Shown here in pieces: positions 24,401 to 37,585 of a stretch of DNA of 64,000 bases. Location of the stretch: the NCBI GenBank assembly GCA_036172245.1, contig JAYWIR010000041.1, forward strand, positions 1,860,001 to 1,924,000. Direction: 5' to 3'. This stretch comes from Raillietiella orientalis. Its lineage: Eukaryota. A program made the position numbers and the translations under genes. The notes below the pieces were generated by a model. The model searched no databases. It saw nothing but the letters and a program-made list of their open reading frames with translations, and was not told the origin of the DNA. How positions within the stretch are numbered: the stretch's first letter is position 1; each line of letters begins with the position of its first letter.

Positions 24401-25550
24401 GCGACTCGATCGATGGAGGACAGAGGGTCGTCTGCAGGCTGTAGCGATCGTCTCCCAGGAGACCGAGAGGATCAGCGAATCCGCGAATGGCACCTGGAGA
24501 CTTTCATGACGATAGGAGAAAAGCGGCCGCGGGTCCTACGCCTCGAGGGAGGAGAGGGAAGAGGAGACGAGGCGGAACTTTCGGAGGGCAGAATCCAGCT
24601 GCAGCGTCCTTCGACGCAGCCTGAGTCTTTTCCCGGAGTGGCATCATTTCCCGCGCAGACTCCTCCGCACAGGGATGCCCGGAGCTCGGGGGCCTCTCCG
24701 CAGGGACAGGGAGGTCTTCCCGAGGACATTCCTCGAGGAACCGAAGTTTTCTGGGAAAAAAGGTCATCTCTAGGCCGCTCCGGGGACTATTAAAGCATGC
24801 GCGAGAGGGGGGAGGTCGCTCGCTCCGTGGGAGCAGGAAGAGTCGCGGACCGACGCGCTGCCTCTAGACAGCAGCGTTGACTGGCCTCTGGAGGGAGACT
24901 ACCGGGAGAAGACGTCCCCATCGCCCTACCCCCTCTTGAAAAGGAGAGCGCAGTGCTCCGTTTTCAGCGGGACGCCTGCCGTGCCTCCCCCTTTCTTCTG
25001 GGTCCGACTCGCCTCCGCAAGTCGGACCCAGGCGTGGTCGTCAGCGGAGGAGCGTCCGAGGACCATCCACGCTCCCCGTCCTGCTCGCAGTCCCCACCCC
25101 CCACCCCTACCCTCGTGCCCCGGTTCCTCCTCGCCTGTCCACGGAAAATCTTCCTACCTGCGCGAGGAGAAGGTTGCACGTCGTCCCGCGGCTTTCGTTC
25201 CCATGGGAGCAAGGGATAAGAGAGAGAGAGGGAGGGGAGCCGATTCTCCTCCCAGGGCAGGCCGTCCTCCTTCTCCTCCTCTTCCACGTCGCCTACGCGA
25301 CTGAGCTCCCCTCCTCCTCCAAGAAACCGGGAGGGGCGAGGGCGGGGAGGGTGACTGTTCGGGAATAGCGTCTCCCGGTGGCTCCCTGCCGCCGCTGTGT
25401 CGCTCGCGCAGAGGTGGAAGGCCTGCTCTCCCTTCGGGCAGCTCCACACAAAGGGGGGAAGGAGGAGGGAGGAGGGGAGGTCGGCAGCCGCGCCATCAGG
25501 GTGGTTGCCTCGGACCGTGTTTGGTCAGCTCCCCCTCTCCGGTGTTCCAG

Positions 25551-25689
25551 GCTCCTCCCAGTACGCCCACTACGTGTTCACCGCCTTCGACCACCATCAC
25601 ACGGGAACGGTGACGTTCGAGGACATGGTGAAAGGGCTATCATCCCTGATGAAAGGATCCCTCGAGGACAAGCTGCACTGGGTCTTCGG
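25551..25689 (+). CDS. KCNIP: KChIP coding exon B (EF2)
   Basis: ttccag|gc...ttcgg|gtgagt; encodes SSQYAHYVFTAFDHHHTGTVTFEDMVKGLSSLMKGSLEDKLHWVF; phase 1 in, phase 2 out. Confidence 0.95.
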
Positions 25690-25949
25690 GTGAGTCGCTT
25701 CCCAGTCTGGAGGGGTCCGAGGAATCCGAGAGATATGTATCGATATCCCTTACCCGTGGGAGTGGGCGGAAGGGCAGGTGCATTCTCAAGAGCTCGCTGC
25801 CTCTAGGCGGTAGACCGCATCCATGGGAACCCTCTTTCCCCTAGACCAAATGCAACTGCCATGGAAACCTTCTCTCTCCAGCCCAGGAACGGCGGTCTTG
25901 CGGCCTTCCTCCAGTTTAGAGGGAATGCCGCGGCAGAGCGTGGCAAAGG

Positions 25950-26450
25950 GGAAGAGAGAAGAGGGAGGTGGGGAAGGAAGAGAACCGCGCGGGAGACGTT
26001 TTGTGGGAGTCATTCGTTCTTTCCAGGAAAAGATCCGGTTTTTCCTGTCAGGAAAAGGAGCGGCGGACGATCCCTCTGCCTTGCTCGCAAGCTCACGAGA
26101 GCCGTCCCGATCTTGGGCCTCCAGCGGCCAGCCAGGTGATGCCAGAGGACCTCGTTTATATGGCAGCAGGGGATGGCAGGGAGACTCTCCTTCCAGTCCT
26201 GCGGGCGGAGGTGGCGCTGGACGCTGGGATCCAGCGCCTAGCAGCGAGAGGTGTCCCGAGCGAACTTCTTCGGGGAAGTGGAGGGGAGGAGGGCGGCAGC
26301 TGAGCAACCGGAAGCGGCGGCTCTCTGCAAGGGGAAAGTCTCGAACCCCTCTGTCTGGGGTTCCTGTAGAACAAGAGGCCTATCATCTCCCTTCGCGAGA
26401 GAGGAGGAGAGCGTACGTTCCTCCGGGATCTCAGAGCTGCGCTCCCGCTT
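25950..26450 (+). mobile_element. Decayed CR1-like LINE ORF2 C-terminal fragment
   Basis: FVGVIRSF (LGxIxRSF) and HLPSRERRR (LxSLExRR-like). Confidence 0.28.
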
Positions 26451-27549
26451 CCTTTCGGTGGCGCCTCTCTCCTAGAACATTCGCGGGACGGCGCGTGATG
26501 GAAGACCCGTTGGAGTCGAGGTTCCGACTGGAGACGCTGGCCAACTGGGTTCTTTTCCTTCCCTCCGGGGAGCGAGCGTGTGCTCTTGCGTGCGCGATGG
26601 GGAAGCATGGAGAAGTGGCGGTAGTGAGGGGGAGGTGGGGGGAGCGTGCTCCGCGTTCCGAAGATCGGAAGGAGGAAGCGAGCTTGGGTTCCCGTCGCCT
26701 GGGTTCCCGCCCGAACAAGCGACGACAGGAAGGTGGGCGTTCGTGGACCCGGGAGGAAGCCCTCCTCGGGAACGAAACAGCATCTTCGCGAGAGAGCCGG
26801 TTGTTGTGGATCCCAGGCCAGGATGAAGGATGGGAGAGGCCTCTGAGGAGGCGGACCCTCTCCGAGAAGGGCGGCTCCTGCTCGCCAAACGGCAGCTTCC
26901 GGGGTCATCCTTACGCTCATGTCCCGTTTCCGGTATCTCAGCCAGGGAGTGGTGTGGGAGAAGGGGTGAAAAGGAAGGGGCACACGGATTACCTGAGGTC
27001 GGATGGAGGCGGGACGTTCTGCTGCTCGGAGTCCCCGGGAAGTCCAGTCGGCGTTGGTCAGCGCGATTCCCGAGTAACAAGCCGGAGCAGCGTCTCGCTT
27101 GACGACCTGCCTCCTCGACTCCGGAGACGCCGGGACGTACGGAGGCAGCTTCCCCTGGGAGCGACTTGGATCCGATGTTCTCCCCTCTGACTCCGGCAAT
27201 TACTCTAATTGCGGGTCCCGGTTCCTCCGAGTAGCTCCCGTATTCGCATGCCCGAGGCTGGCAAATGGCGCAGAACAACAGGCCGAGAGCAAAGCTCCCG
27301 TGCCGGTCGTACATCGCCGAGACCCTCCCCCCCCCTCTTTTCTCTCCTGCCTCCGACAGTCTGACGTGTCCCGGTTCCCGAGCGCGAGAGGAGGCTCCGC
27401 TGATAGCAGGAGCAGTGCCGAGCGACGACGGACAGGCAAAGAGACGTACGTCCGGAGTTGCGATCCGTTCCGGGAAAGATCGCATGGGGAAGCCAATAGG
27501 GAAGAAGAAGAAAAAAAAAAACGAGCTGCGTCATTGCACACGGGGGCTG

Positions 27550-28800
27550 CAGGAACAGGAGATTGTCCCGGGAACCGCGCATCAAATCGAGGTTGCATCC
27601 TGCCGCTTCCCGCTTTTCCTGGTTACCGCTCAGAACATCCTCGAGCACTCCTGCTTCATCGAGCGTTTCCGGGGCGCGGTCGCGTCCAGACCGCCGTCGA
27701 CTCCCGGTTGGGACGCGCATGCATGGAGTCGCAGCACGGCCGCGGCTCCGCTGAGGCGACCGGAAGCCACTGTCAGGAAGCTCTCTTTGCTCCCGTGGAC
27801 CCTTCCGCGGAGCAGACTCGGTTTGCTTGCAGGGAACGCGGCGACGACGCCATATGCGCGGAGTCGGTGGTTCAACTGTCCGCTTCCGTGCACTCGGAGG
27901 CTTGGGATGTCACGCACAGATCGTGAAGGACAGCACTGCTGCCATCCGCCCGCGCATTCGCACACGTCCACAGACCGAGACCCCTTAGTGGTTGCGTGCT
28001 CCGGTGGCGCAGTCTGGAAAAATTTCCCATTTCCAAACCACTAGGCTCTCGCTTGGAGTGACGTTAGGATTTGAGGTCTACGCCCATGAGGCAAATGCGA
28101 TGCCTAGGGTCGACGAGATCCGCTTGTGCTAAAGGGAAACTCCCTCTCTGCCGATGAATCATCACGGGGACGAGAGCATCCCTCGGAATCACTCTCCAAA
28201 CTCCTCCTTCCTGGTATCCCTCTGTGAGTTCCCGTGCCTTTTTATTCCGCATCTCGTCTGGATTATCGGGCAGAGCCGCTTTGACCAGCAAAGTCGCAGG
28301 TGTAAGTTCAAAGAGCACAGGGTTGCTCCTGAGGGGCGACTAATCCAGTTCCTCGAGAAAACTCCCATTCTGGAGACGAGAGGATAGAGAACATTCTCCT
28401 CCGAACTCTCTTCACGGTACCCTCCACCTCCTTCGTTGCCGGGCACCACAAGGGAAAAAATGGTATTTCCTCTCCGGTGCTCCTCCTCCGAGACGATGTT
28501 GACAAGATTTATCTCGAGTTTTTTCCACGCTCAGTACATTTAATTAGATGAAGTACGCTTCTTTTGCACTTGTTCCTCTATATTTCGGGGACAATATGGA
28601 GTTAATCACGCATTTTTCATCCAAAATTAGAACCCGGAATTTCGTCGGCTCTCTTGTGGGGATGTCGCTGGTGGATTCGATTTTGGTGCTGCCGCTGGCT
28701 TTCTTGTTCCGCCGATGCGTGGAAGCATCGCGTTTACCGGTGATGATTCTAGATTGCATTTTCACGGCACCTCGAACAGAACCCCTCATCGCTCCTTGCC
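27550..28800 (-). mobile_element. Ty1/Copia pol remnant (post-integrase region, RT)
   Basis: FRVLILDEKCVINS; TPATLLVKAALPDNPDEM...GVWRVIPR (EPxT..EAL...WxLVP); RDI...HG..L and SLLRGRVHGSKES (CxLxKSLYGLKQ). Confidence 0.5.
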
Positions 28801-29039
28801 ACCATGCTGACGGATTCCTGGAATGGTGTCAAATTTCCGTGGGTCTTGGGAAGCTGGATCTGCAGGATGGGAGCACTTGGTAGAGAATTTCGACGCAGCG
28901 CGTGCTCAATCAAGTATGCACTTCGTCGAAATTAGGTATACACGAACTGGGTGTGCGCACACCATTCCTCCCAATCATGCGTTCAGGGTGTGCGCAGCAG
29001 AGCTTGGTATAATGCATTTGCCATGTAGCTAATGTAATT

Positions 29040-29750
29040 AATGATGGAATCAGGATCGCCGTTACAGTTGTGTGTCGTTAGCAATTGGAGATTTATTGTG
29101 AAGCTTGGGGGGCACGGCAGATTTTTCTCAGTGCGTTGCAAGAGAGAAATCTGTAGGACCATGCCTTCGCATCAGCAGCTCCTTTGTCTCTTCAGCTCAA
29201 TTCTTGGGAGCGATCGCTGCTCTTCTTTCTGAGGTTTTCCTGATGAAAATGTCCGGAGGGATTCTGTCACTGGAGAGGATCCATAACGAGTGCAAATATC
29301 AATGTGAGCAAGGAAGTCCTGCAGGAGTTGAAAAAAAAAAAAAAAAAGAGACATCTAACGAAGTCACTAGATAGCAAAAGACGTCGGAAAGACAGCATCT
29401 ACCAACCAGAATCACTGGAAAAGCTTCGTGATCGCGATCCATTGGAAGAACGCATGTTGCAGGTCGCATTTCTCTCTTCGGAAAGCCGAACTGATGAGAA
29501 CTAACTGATACTTGCAAGTTGACACTTTTCGTTTCATCAGAGCAGCAGCATGGACACCTCCATGTTTATGAGATCTGGATGTTGCTTTGCCAGCATTTCA
29601 CTTGCTTCTTCAACTAAGATGTGACGAAACATCCTGTTGTTTCTGTTGATGAAGGCCATGCTGTTATAGATGTCTTGTTTGCACAGTAGCACTGGAGATT
29701 CGAAATGCAATATCCAAGTATCGACTACATAAGAAAAGAGAAATCATGCA
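29040..29750 (+). mobile_element. pogo/Tigger-like (DDE_1) transposase remnant
   Basis: MMESGSPL...KLGG (CENP-B HTH-like), SMDTSMF (GWM..F) and HPVVSVDEGHA (PVLLxxDGHxSH). Confidence 0.5.
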
Positions 29751-30368
29751 GAGTCTTCTAGAAATCCCATCTTCTCCTAACTTCATCTTTATACGACTTT
29801 CGGAAATCCAGCAGAGTTGGTTTGCGCATTGACATGGATCCAACAGTTGACCATGGACCATAAAGTGTGGAGGAAAAGCTTCATTAGTGTTTTCGAATGC
29901 AAATTCATGAGAAGTTCGTGCAGAGTTCCTTGATTTTGTTTTTTTTTTCTTTTTTTCCACTAAGCACGAGTATTACTTGTCGTTTAAAACGATGCCGATT
30001 GTGGTCCTCGCTTAAGAAGCAGACACGCTGGAAGACGTTGAATATCAAATCTCCAACATTTTTATAAAAATGTCTTACAGCATTTTCATAAAAGTGCAAT
30101 TGGGAATTCAGTGGGAACAGTAGTATAAGTATGTTAGTACAGCACCATTTCTATAATAAACTATCTATAGCTGATTACTGATAAATGTCTTACAGAGTAA
30201 ACCGTTGCACGAGACGAGGAGTGGTGAGGGAACTTACACAAGCCTAAAACTGTACAGGAAGAGTGCATGAATGGGAGATTTCTGTTTGCCAAATGGCCAC
30301 ACTGGCAGTGGTCATGATTTGTTGCATCTTTCCGCACATGACCCCTCTTCAGAAACATATTGTTTCAG

Positions 30369-30510
30369 ATTGTATGACATCAATCATGATGGCTACGTCA
30401 CGAAAGAAGAGCTCTTCATTATTATGGCAGCCATCTATTGCCTCATGGGCGACAGGAGCAATCAGATGAGCGACTGGTCTTTTCCGGAACATGTGGACAA
30501 AATATTCAAG
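30369..30510 (+). CDS. KCNIP: KChIP coding exon C (EF3)
   Basis: tgtttcag|a...ttcaag|gtgagc; encodes LYDINHDGYVTKEELFIIMAAIYCLMG...EHVDKIFK with a canonical EF loop. Confidence 0.95.
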
Positions 30511-32349
30511 GTGAGCGTGCCTTGAATCACTTAAAGGAACTTTACGTGTTTGAGCTTGCAACTGATCTTTCCTCATTAAAGCATTTGATTTCCTTTCGTC
30601 CTGGCCAAAGCTAGAGTACTGAAAAGATTAAACGTCTCTTTTCCAATTAAAGTGCAATTAGCTGCTTCGATCATTCATATATTCGAATGGAAGCCCTAGG
30701 TGTCGATTAATTCAGCAGCTCTATTAAGTGTCAGTCTACCGAAAAGAAAAATTAACACAGCCAGAGAGAGATCGATTACTGAATTTATAAGGGTGCAGCT
30801 GCGCTTATTGAAAAACTGGAAGACGTTCAATCGGAGGAGTGGAATCTTTCCCGTCGTAGAATTCATGGAAAGTGTTTCCTTCTCGTGATATCTCGAACTC
30901 GGAATGGAAACGTCAGATTAGAAATTCTTGAATTTAAAGCGTTGGCTGCTCGCAAAAGTTGAGTCAGTGCATGATCTTAATTTAATAAGATCAGCCAGTT
31001 GTCAAGGGAAGACGCTCTTATCTCTTAATGCAGGCTATTAAACAAAACTTCCAGGGAAGAAACTGACATTTGGCAAGATTGGGTTTGGAAATTAGCTTTC
31101 TAGTCATGTGATTGGAAAAATTGCAATAAGAAACCCTTCACAGAAATCCATTGCTTTTTTTTAAAAAAAAAAAAATCATGTTGCTTCGATAACTGTGAAC
31201 CCAGTTTTAATTTTTAGAATGAAGATGGAAATACTTCTGTTTGGGCAAATAGTAGAGTCTGTAACGAAGTTGCGTGGTTGGTTCTTCCATAGAAACCCTT
31301 AATTCATAATGATAGGTGCTGTTTGTAATTAAGCCATTCATTCCAGACAACCACCGTGTGTAAATGGACAAGTGAAACGTTAGAACTTGCGAACTTTTCA
31401 AAAAGGGACTTTATCTTTGGATCGTGGTGCCTTTTTTCCCCTTCCTTTTCCGTTCCCAAAACTTCACTCATCATTTTAGATTTTCTGTACGCAACTGTCA
31501 TCAATCTTCAGTTTGAAACGAGACTTTCTTGGAACCACTGAGAATTCTCTTTATCGTCATTCGTTTTTTGCCGCAAAGATGAATGATTCAGTGTTGCATT
31601 CGATGATTCTTTAATAACTTTACTTTAGTATGATTTCAAGATTACTTTCTTGACATCGTGGCAAGGGCAAATCGAGTGAACAGGTCAAATTTTAGAAGCG
31701 TATTACCGACTCGTGCAGCCTATAAAGCCATTTTTATGAGCATCTCAAAGGCAGTTGTGAGGAATAGTCTTCGAAGAATATGAGCAGAAGTTGTATACTG
31801 GAAAGCAGTACATTCCAGGAGCCGGCTTGTCTAGAAGTGCTAGAAGAAAATGACTAGAAGTGCAGATTTGATTTGTGGGCTAGACATCGGTGGCTTCGAG
31901 CGCTGTACTGTCGTCTTTATATGGAATACATACAGATTATGTCATGGCCATTTGCTTATGCTAGTGGGTCGTCGTAGTTATCAACATATAGGCCGCTGCC
32001 ATTGAGATTGGACCCAATGGGGTTTTGGGGGAACTAAGCACCATGGCCGTAAAATATACACACCATACAGTAGCTCCATCATTCACAAATGGTCAATATC
32101 CATTTTTTATGGGAAAATACATTGGACGATTGGATATTTGCGAGCAAATAAAGTGGAGCCATCTGCGATCCTTTTTACATTTAATCGACTCCTATTTTCC
32201 TTTTTTCTTTTTTTACTGCCTTCATCTCTTGGGTCTGCGATTTTCCAAACCCCACCGTGTTCTCGAACAGGATGTACTTTCACCAGTGAGTAAAACAGGA
32301 GAAAAAGTTTGCAGGAATCTGTAGGATTGTCGGTTCCTCAATTATTAAT

Positions 32350-33350
32350 ATGTAACTTTCTAATGAAAATGGACGCGACATGTTCGCGAAGAGTCCCTCC
32401 TGCTTCGATTTTCAACATCACTAGCCAAACGCTCCTTTCTCTAATCGGATGGATGAAGGAGGAACTCCCTCAATACTCGGGTGATAGATACTTCGCTCCA
32501 AGCAGAATACATTAATGGATCCGTGCGCATCACGAAGCTAGATCATGAATAGAATTCGATAGGTTCCATTCAACCGCACCAATGGACGTGTCAGCATCTT
32601 TTGTTGTGCACCGAAGAGGCAACGAAGAGTCTATCGATGCAGCGAGAAATTCATGCTGAATGCATCGCTTGGAAATCCCTGTCGTCGTTTTCAGATACTT
32701 CATCATGAGTTAACACGTATAGATCTCCATTTGAAGGACGAGATACTTGTCATCTCCGAACAACTGCCCCGAATGGGTCCTGCTCGTTTTCTGGGTTGCT
32801 TCAAGGAGTGGGTTTGACTGCTTCCGACTCGAAAGACGCTCAAGGCGAATGAATTGAAATTGGGAAAGAATCGGACCACTTGCTCGATCTCTCGATCATC
32901 CCATTCGAAACATCCGAACAAACGAATAAGGAAGCAAGCCACTGAGCTCTCGAGATGTGCCTCCCTCAAGAACTTACAGTTTAGTTTATTCTTTTTAGCC
33001 CTTGCGCTTTCAGCAGGGATCTCTGAGGGTGCTTAGAAGGGTCCTTGCAGATGGCTTCATTGTATTTTTTTTTCACCAGACGAAACACCCGGTAAATGCG
33101 CTGCCTCGTGTCGCGCCATGTTTGGTTATGTACAAAGAGATAGCAAACAAGATGGACCAAGCGTAAATTCCCTCTTTCGGTTATATCGCGAGAGGATCAG
33201 TCCAGTATTCTGTTTTGGGCAATGGACCCATCACCCGGCCAAGGAATCGCGTTTTCCTACTTACGATGCTCTACCCGACCGTTTCCTGAGCCGTTTCGGA
33301 CTCTTCTCGAAAGCTGAGCGGAGACGGTTAGCAGCTTCCTCTTGCCGCTG
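32350..33350 (+). mobile_element. Decayed LINE RT/C-terminal fragment
   Basis: GYVQRDSK...LFRLYRERISPV...WTH (LGFIxR...LY...RPxLEY..W) preceded by RT-like segments. Confidence 0.4.
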
Positions 33351-34099
33351 AGCTGATACGACGCTGATCTCCTGAGAAACAATCCTACTGCTTGCTCTCG
33401 GGAGAGCACTCTGGAAACTCAAAAAATAACCGGGAGTCACCCAGAAGTATCGCCTGAAGTGATGCGTACTTGGAACGCCGACAAGAGGTTCCTTGCGTTC
33501 CAGTGCAGTGGAACGGCCGGTAGAAGGAGCTCTGTACGAAGTCCCAGGACACGGAATTTCGTGAAAGAACGACAGAGCCACAAGAGGGAAACCACAAGTC
33601 AGGCTCACGAAAACGCAGTGCCATCATGAGCCACCCTCGACGGCACAATCAGTTCAAGGGCTGCACGGCGGAGAATGCAGCCCAGGTTGCCCCTCATCTT
33701 CATTCCTAAGGTGCTCATCTGAAGAACCCTGCATCTTCCGAAGATCCCTGTGGATTCATAGTTAGCTGCTTCCTGTATTCTGCGTGTAACTGGTGTCAGT
33801 GCTCAGAGCTCAGTGGGAGAGCTGCACTTCTCGGCTCTTGGCCGCGTGTTTGTCCCTGTGACTCCAACCAAGGATGACGCAGCCACCTCGAAGACTTTCC
33901 CTTTGTAGCACCCTTTCCCTTGTAATTTTCTACGACTGCCGCATGCACATCGTCCTCGCAATTTTATGGCTAGGAACTTCATGTGAATTCAGGTCCTAAT
34001 GAAGTGAGCATTCGGACTTGAGGTCACTCCATCAGTTTGTTGCCACCGGGCATACTCAACTTAAGATTCTTGGATTGCCCCCCAAATTTGACTTACAAA

Positions 34100-35150
34100 G
34101 TTACATTACAAAGAGAAGCATCAGAGAGAAAGAAACTCTGTGAATATTTTCGGCCTCTCGCCGGAGATCTGTCTTGAGCGCTCGAGAGTTTCCCCACTAA
34201 TTCGCCAAGAAGGGTCCCATTTTTTCCTCCGCTGCCTTCTAGGGAAGTCTTGCTTTCTGTGGCAGCAAGATCAGATGCAGGAACAGTCAGAGTATCTGTC
34301 CTTTTCCCCACTTTCTGTTGACGGCGTTTAGGAACACAAATCTGATCAGCTTTCAAAGTATTAAACGATCTTCTTTTGCTTCCGACGAGATAAATTGTTT
34401 CACATCTTCTATTCCATTGTGTCTCTTGGAGAAGTGATGAGGCAAGAAATTGAGTGTTTCTACAGTGACCACTCTTGCTTGGCTGGAGACTGAAGGGATT
34501 CGAGAAGCTGGGGTGGAGGGCAGGTGACGGCCTCGTATCATCGTACTGCTGCTCCCTGAAGCAGGGCACCTTGACGTTTCGGGAATTTTTATTTGGTCAT
34601 CATTTGAGATTTCCAGTTTTCAGTCAGAGAAGTAGGAATTTTTCCCGATTTTCGTTGTGACTTTCACTTGCTGCTTCCTATGCCTCACTCCAGAAGCAAC
34701 GGGAGCGGTATGTGGGCTGCCAACGAGTACTTGATTGAGGACAAGTCAGTGGGATGTCGTGCCTCCCCCAATCCATCCTATAACTTCGATGCTGACAGCC
34801 TTTGCAAACTGTCATCCTCTCAGGATCCTACAGTGCGATACCCATCCCAGAAGGCGCGTCGCGTTAGACGACAAGAAGGCTCCACAGGCGCTGCCAAGGG
34901 ATGGACACTTTGAGGATTTCAGGTCAGAGGCCACCGCCGGAAAGTGGAACGAACCTAGCAGAGAAATCAGCATTGGAATTCTGGGAAGACAAGCGCCCAG
35001 GTGGGCACCGTCGAGCATTTGGGCATTCCTATTCAAAAGAGGGCATTTGCGTTTCGCTGATTCATCCAGCATCCAGCTTCTTCCCGTGCGTGCGTCGTCC
35101 ACCAAGGACGGCACCGATATCCTGTGCACAGGATACGGAAGACGGGAAGA
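34100..35150 (-). mobile_element. Decayed LINE RT 3' half
   Basis: SLVDDA (YxDD), RLLGW (KxLGV), PLLLE* (RPxLEY) in order. Confidence 0.45.
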
Positions 35151-35799
35151 ATCTATAGCTTACGTCTTCAACAGACGTTTCCACGACTAGACGATGGTTA
35201 TGAAATGTGTAATTTTGGAATTGGGAAAGCAGCAAGAGAGAAGAAGGAGATTGATTATCATGGACTGGCTCTCTGTTTCGCTTAAAGAGGAGTGCCTGCC
35301 ACCTTAAAAATCAATCTTTGCAGAATCTCTGGGACCTTGGATGTAGCAGATGGTGAAACTTTGAGAAAATTTTAAATTCCCTAAAAAAGAAAAAACAGGC
35401 AGAGTACACATCAGAGAAGAGGTGGATGTATCGGGCAGCCTTTTTATAAAAGCATCCCTGAATCACGTGTCAACGTAAGTCGACTTTCAACTTCCTGCGA
35501 GATCCACCCAACAGGACGAGATGAATTTCGTCCTCTGATATTCCTGTTGCCGTGTTTCGTTCCTTCGTTTGTTTTCAGCATCAAAGGATTTTCAGGCTTT
35601 GCTGTGCGTACGGTTTCTCGTCTTTGAAAAATTTTCTTGCACCAAAGGATGCTGAAACCAGGATTTGCATTAGGATTCTGAAAGGTGGCATCGCCTCCTC
35701 CTCAAAAGGTCTTCATTCGAGACTTCCGGAGCAATTCTTATTCTGCCGAAACGGAAAGGAACTCGCGCATTCCAAAAGCATACGCTCAGCAGCAGTTTC

Positions 35800-36700
35800 T
35801 AGTTCTCTTCTGATTTCCGATGGATATCCGTGTGACCGTGACCTCGTTTATTTCGTGAGATCCCGTGGACCTGTTGGTCTCACCACTTCCCATATTCTGT
35901 TTCCCTCGGGTTGATGGACTTCCATTCCTATGCTACTCTAAATATTCTACTTCCATTTCCACCACCTTCCACTTGATCTGCCTCCTTCGAACTGACTTGC
36001 GTGCCAGCAAGGCTGCAGTCTAAGTGCAATAAAACTCTCCAGGTGGTCGGGAAGTCTTTTCGAAGACTTCTTGAGACTTTGAAGTGTGAGTCGGCACGGC
36101 CGTTTCCTAGTTGCAAAATCTTCGCCCTTTATTGCTGACCGGATGAAGTTCCAAAACGGATGTTGATGCTGCGCACAAGTTATATATCTTCAAGTTTTCG
36201 ATGGATGACGCGTTTCTTTTTGGGGGGGCTTCGCTGGGTATATCGGGAACAGTCAAGCGCCTGGCGGCTCGCGAAGGTCTTTGACGCTGTTCCACGCCAC
36301 CAGTGGGTGCGTGTAGTAACTCTTCATTGTGAGGGGATGCGCCCCGGGAGGGGACCACCCCATGAATCCAGGAATGGCTCCGGAGGGAGGGGATCCATTC
36401 CTCTCTCACGATTGGGTGGGAACCCCAAAGAGAACCTTCCATCCTGGTTGTCTCCGAAGGGAACTCCCGGAGGGGGATGGTCCTTAGTTTCTTTCTCAGG
36501 AGGGACCCTCCTGAAAGGGTCCTTTGCCTGCTTTCCTCCTCTGAAAAAAACCCCGAAAGGATGCTTCCGAAATTTCTCTGAAAGGTCGCTTCCTAAGGGG
36601 GCAGTGCGCCTCTTTACACTCTGTAGAGGAATCATCAATCCACCAGTTCCGTGGTACTAAATGGAGGGTGTCCCCCAAGGGGAGGGAGACGTCTTCCATT
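35800..36700 (+). mobile_element. R1/Jockey-like LINE RT remnant
   Basis: RSRGPVGLT (KAPGPDG), LQVVGKSFRRLL, LAKVFDAV (DxxKAFDxV), KGTPGGGWSL (GxPQG). Confidence 0.6.
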
Positions 36701-37286
36701 TTCACAACCGGTGGAGAGCCTCAAAGGAAACCGGCTCCTTGATTCTGGTTCCTGGAAGGTACCCTGGGGGGTTCACTGCCATTCCCGGCCAGTCGACGGG
36801 GGCATCCTGCTTCCATCAGTGCCGCACCCGAACAGAGGCCAACCAGAGTCATCCCGCGGGGGGGAGGGGAAATCGAAGCACCCATTTCTCTGGCTGTCGA
36901 TCCTCCACGCGGGAATTCGAACCCGCAACGCTTGGTGCTACGCGCGCGCGGATACTGCCGCAGCCAAGAGACACCGACCACCAACGCGACGCGTTTCTTG
37001 GGAACGAGCAAAGGGTCAGAAATTCTGAAAGCCGAAGTCTCTGCGCGAAGCAAAACATTCAGTTCAGAAATGAGGACGCTCCAGAGAGAGGCTCCCTCAT
37101 CGTACCCCTCGTTTCACGCTGGTCAAGGAACGGTTGAATCGTATGTGCCATCTTAGTGCTTTCTGCTCTTACCGGATGCTTGCTGTTCCTCCCACGATTG
37201 GCTTTCAGGAGAAACGTGGAAAAACAGCCAATGAAATAAACCTCGTGCCAAAATCTGCGTGCTGCATCTCTGTGTCTCTGTTTCAG

Positions 37287-37349
37287 CAAATCGACTTGAA
37301 TCACGATGGAGTCATTTCCCTGGATGAATTCATGGATTACTGCATGAAG
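37287..37349 (+). CDS. KCNIP: KChIP coding exon D (EF4, 63 nt)
   Basis: tctgtttcag|caa...aag|gtaggg; encodes QIDLNHDGVISLDEFMDYCMK with a canonical EF loop; phase 0/0. Confidence 0.95.
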
Positions 37350-37585
37350 GTAGGGTTTCATTTTATTGGATTTTGGGGATTGGAACTGTCGCGGCCTTTC
37401 CGAGACGCATCGCTGAGCTGCAAGCGCGTTCGCTTCGCAGATTGTGCAACGGAGTCATTTCGAACATGCGTGGTCCACCAGGTTACCCCAAACTACGTGC
37501 CTCGAGAGAAGTCACTGTCCTTTTGAGGTGGAATTATCGCATCCTGCACTGATCTGTGGAATTCCATCCCAGTAAGCGAGATCCC

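Noticed and set aside
25823..27485. Long ORFs of 455, 347 and 337 aa on both strands
   Set aside because: Overlapping Arg/Gly/Pro/Ser-rich frames expected in very GC-rich DNA; no domain beyond short LINE remnants; located in a KChIP intron.
34668..34913. Protein-like + strand ORF (LLPMPHSRSNGSGMWAANEYL)
   Set aside because: It is the antisense of LINE RT motifs on the minus strand.
36900..36975. tRNA-like A/B boxes on the minus strand (GGTTCGAATTCC)
   Set aside because: No cloverleaf can be formed; at most a degenerate SINE head.
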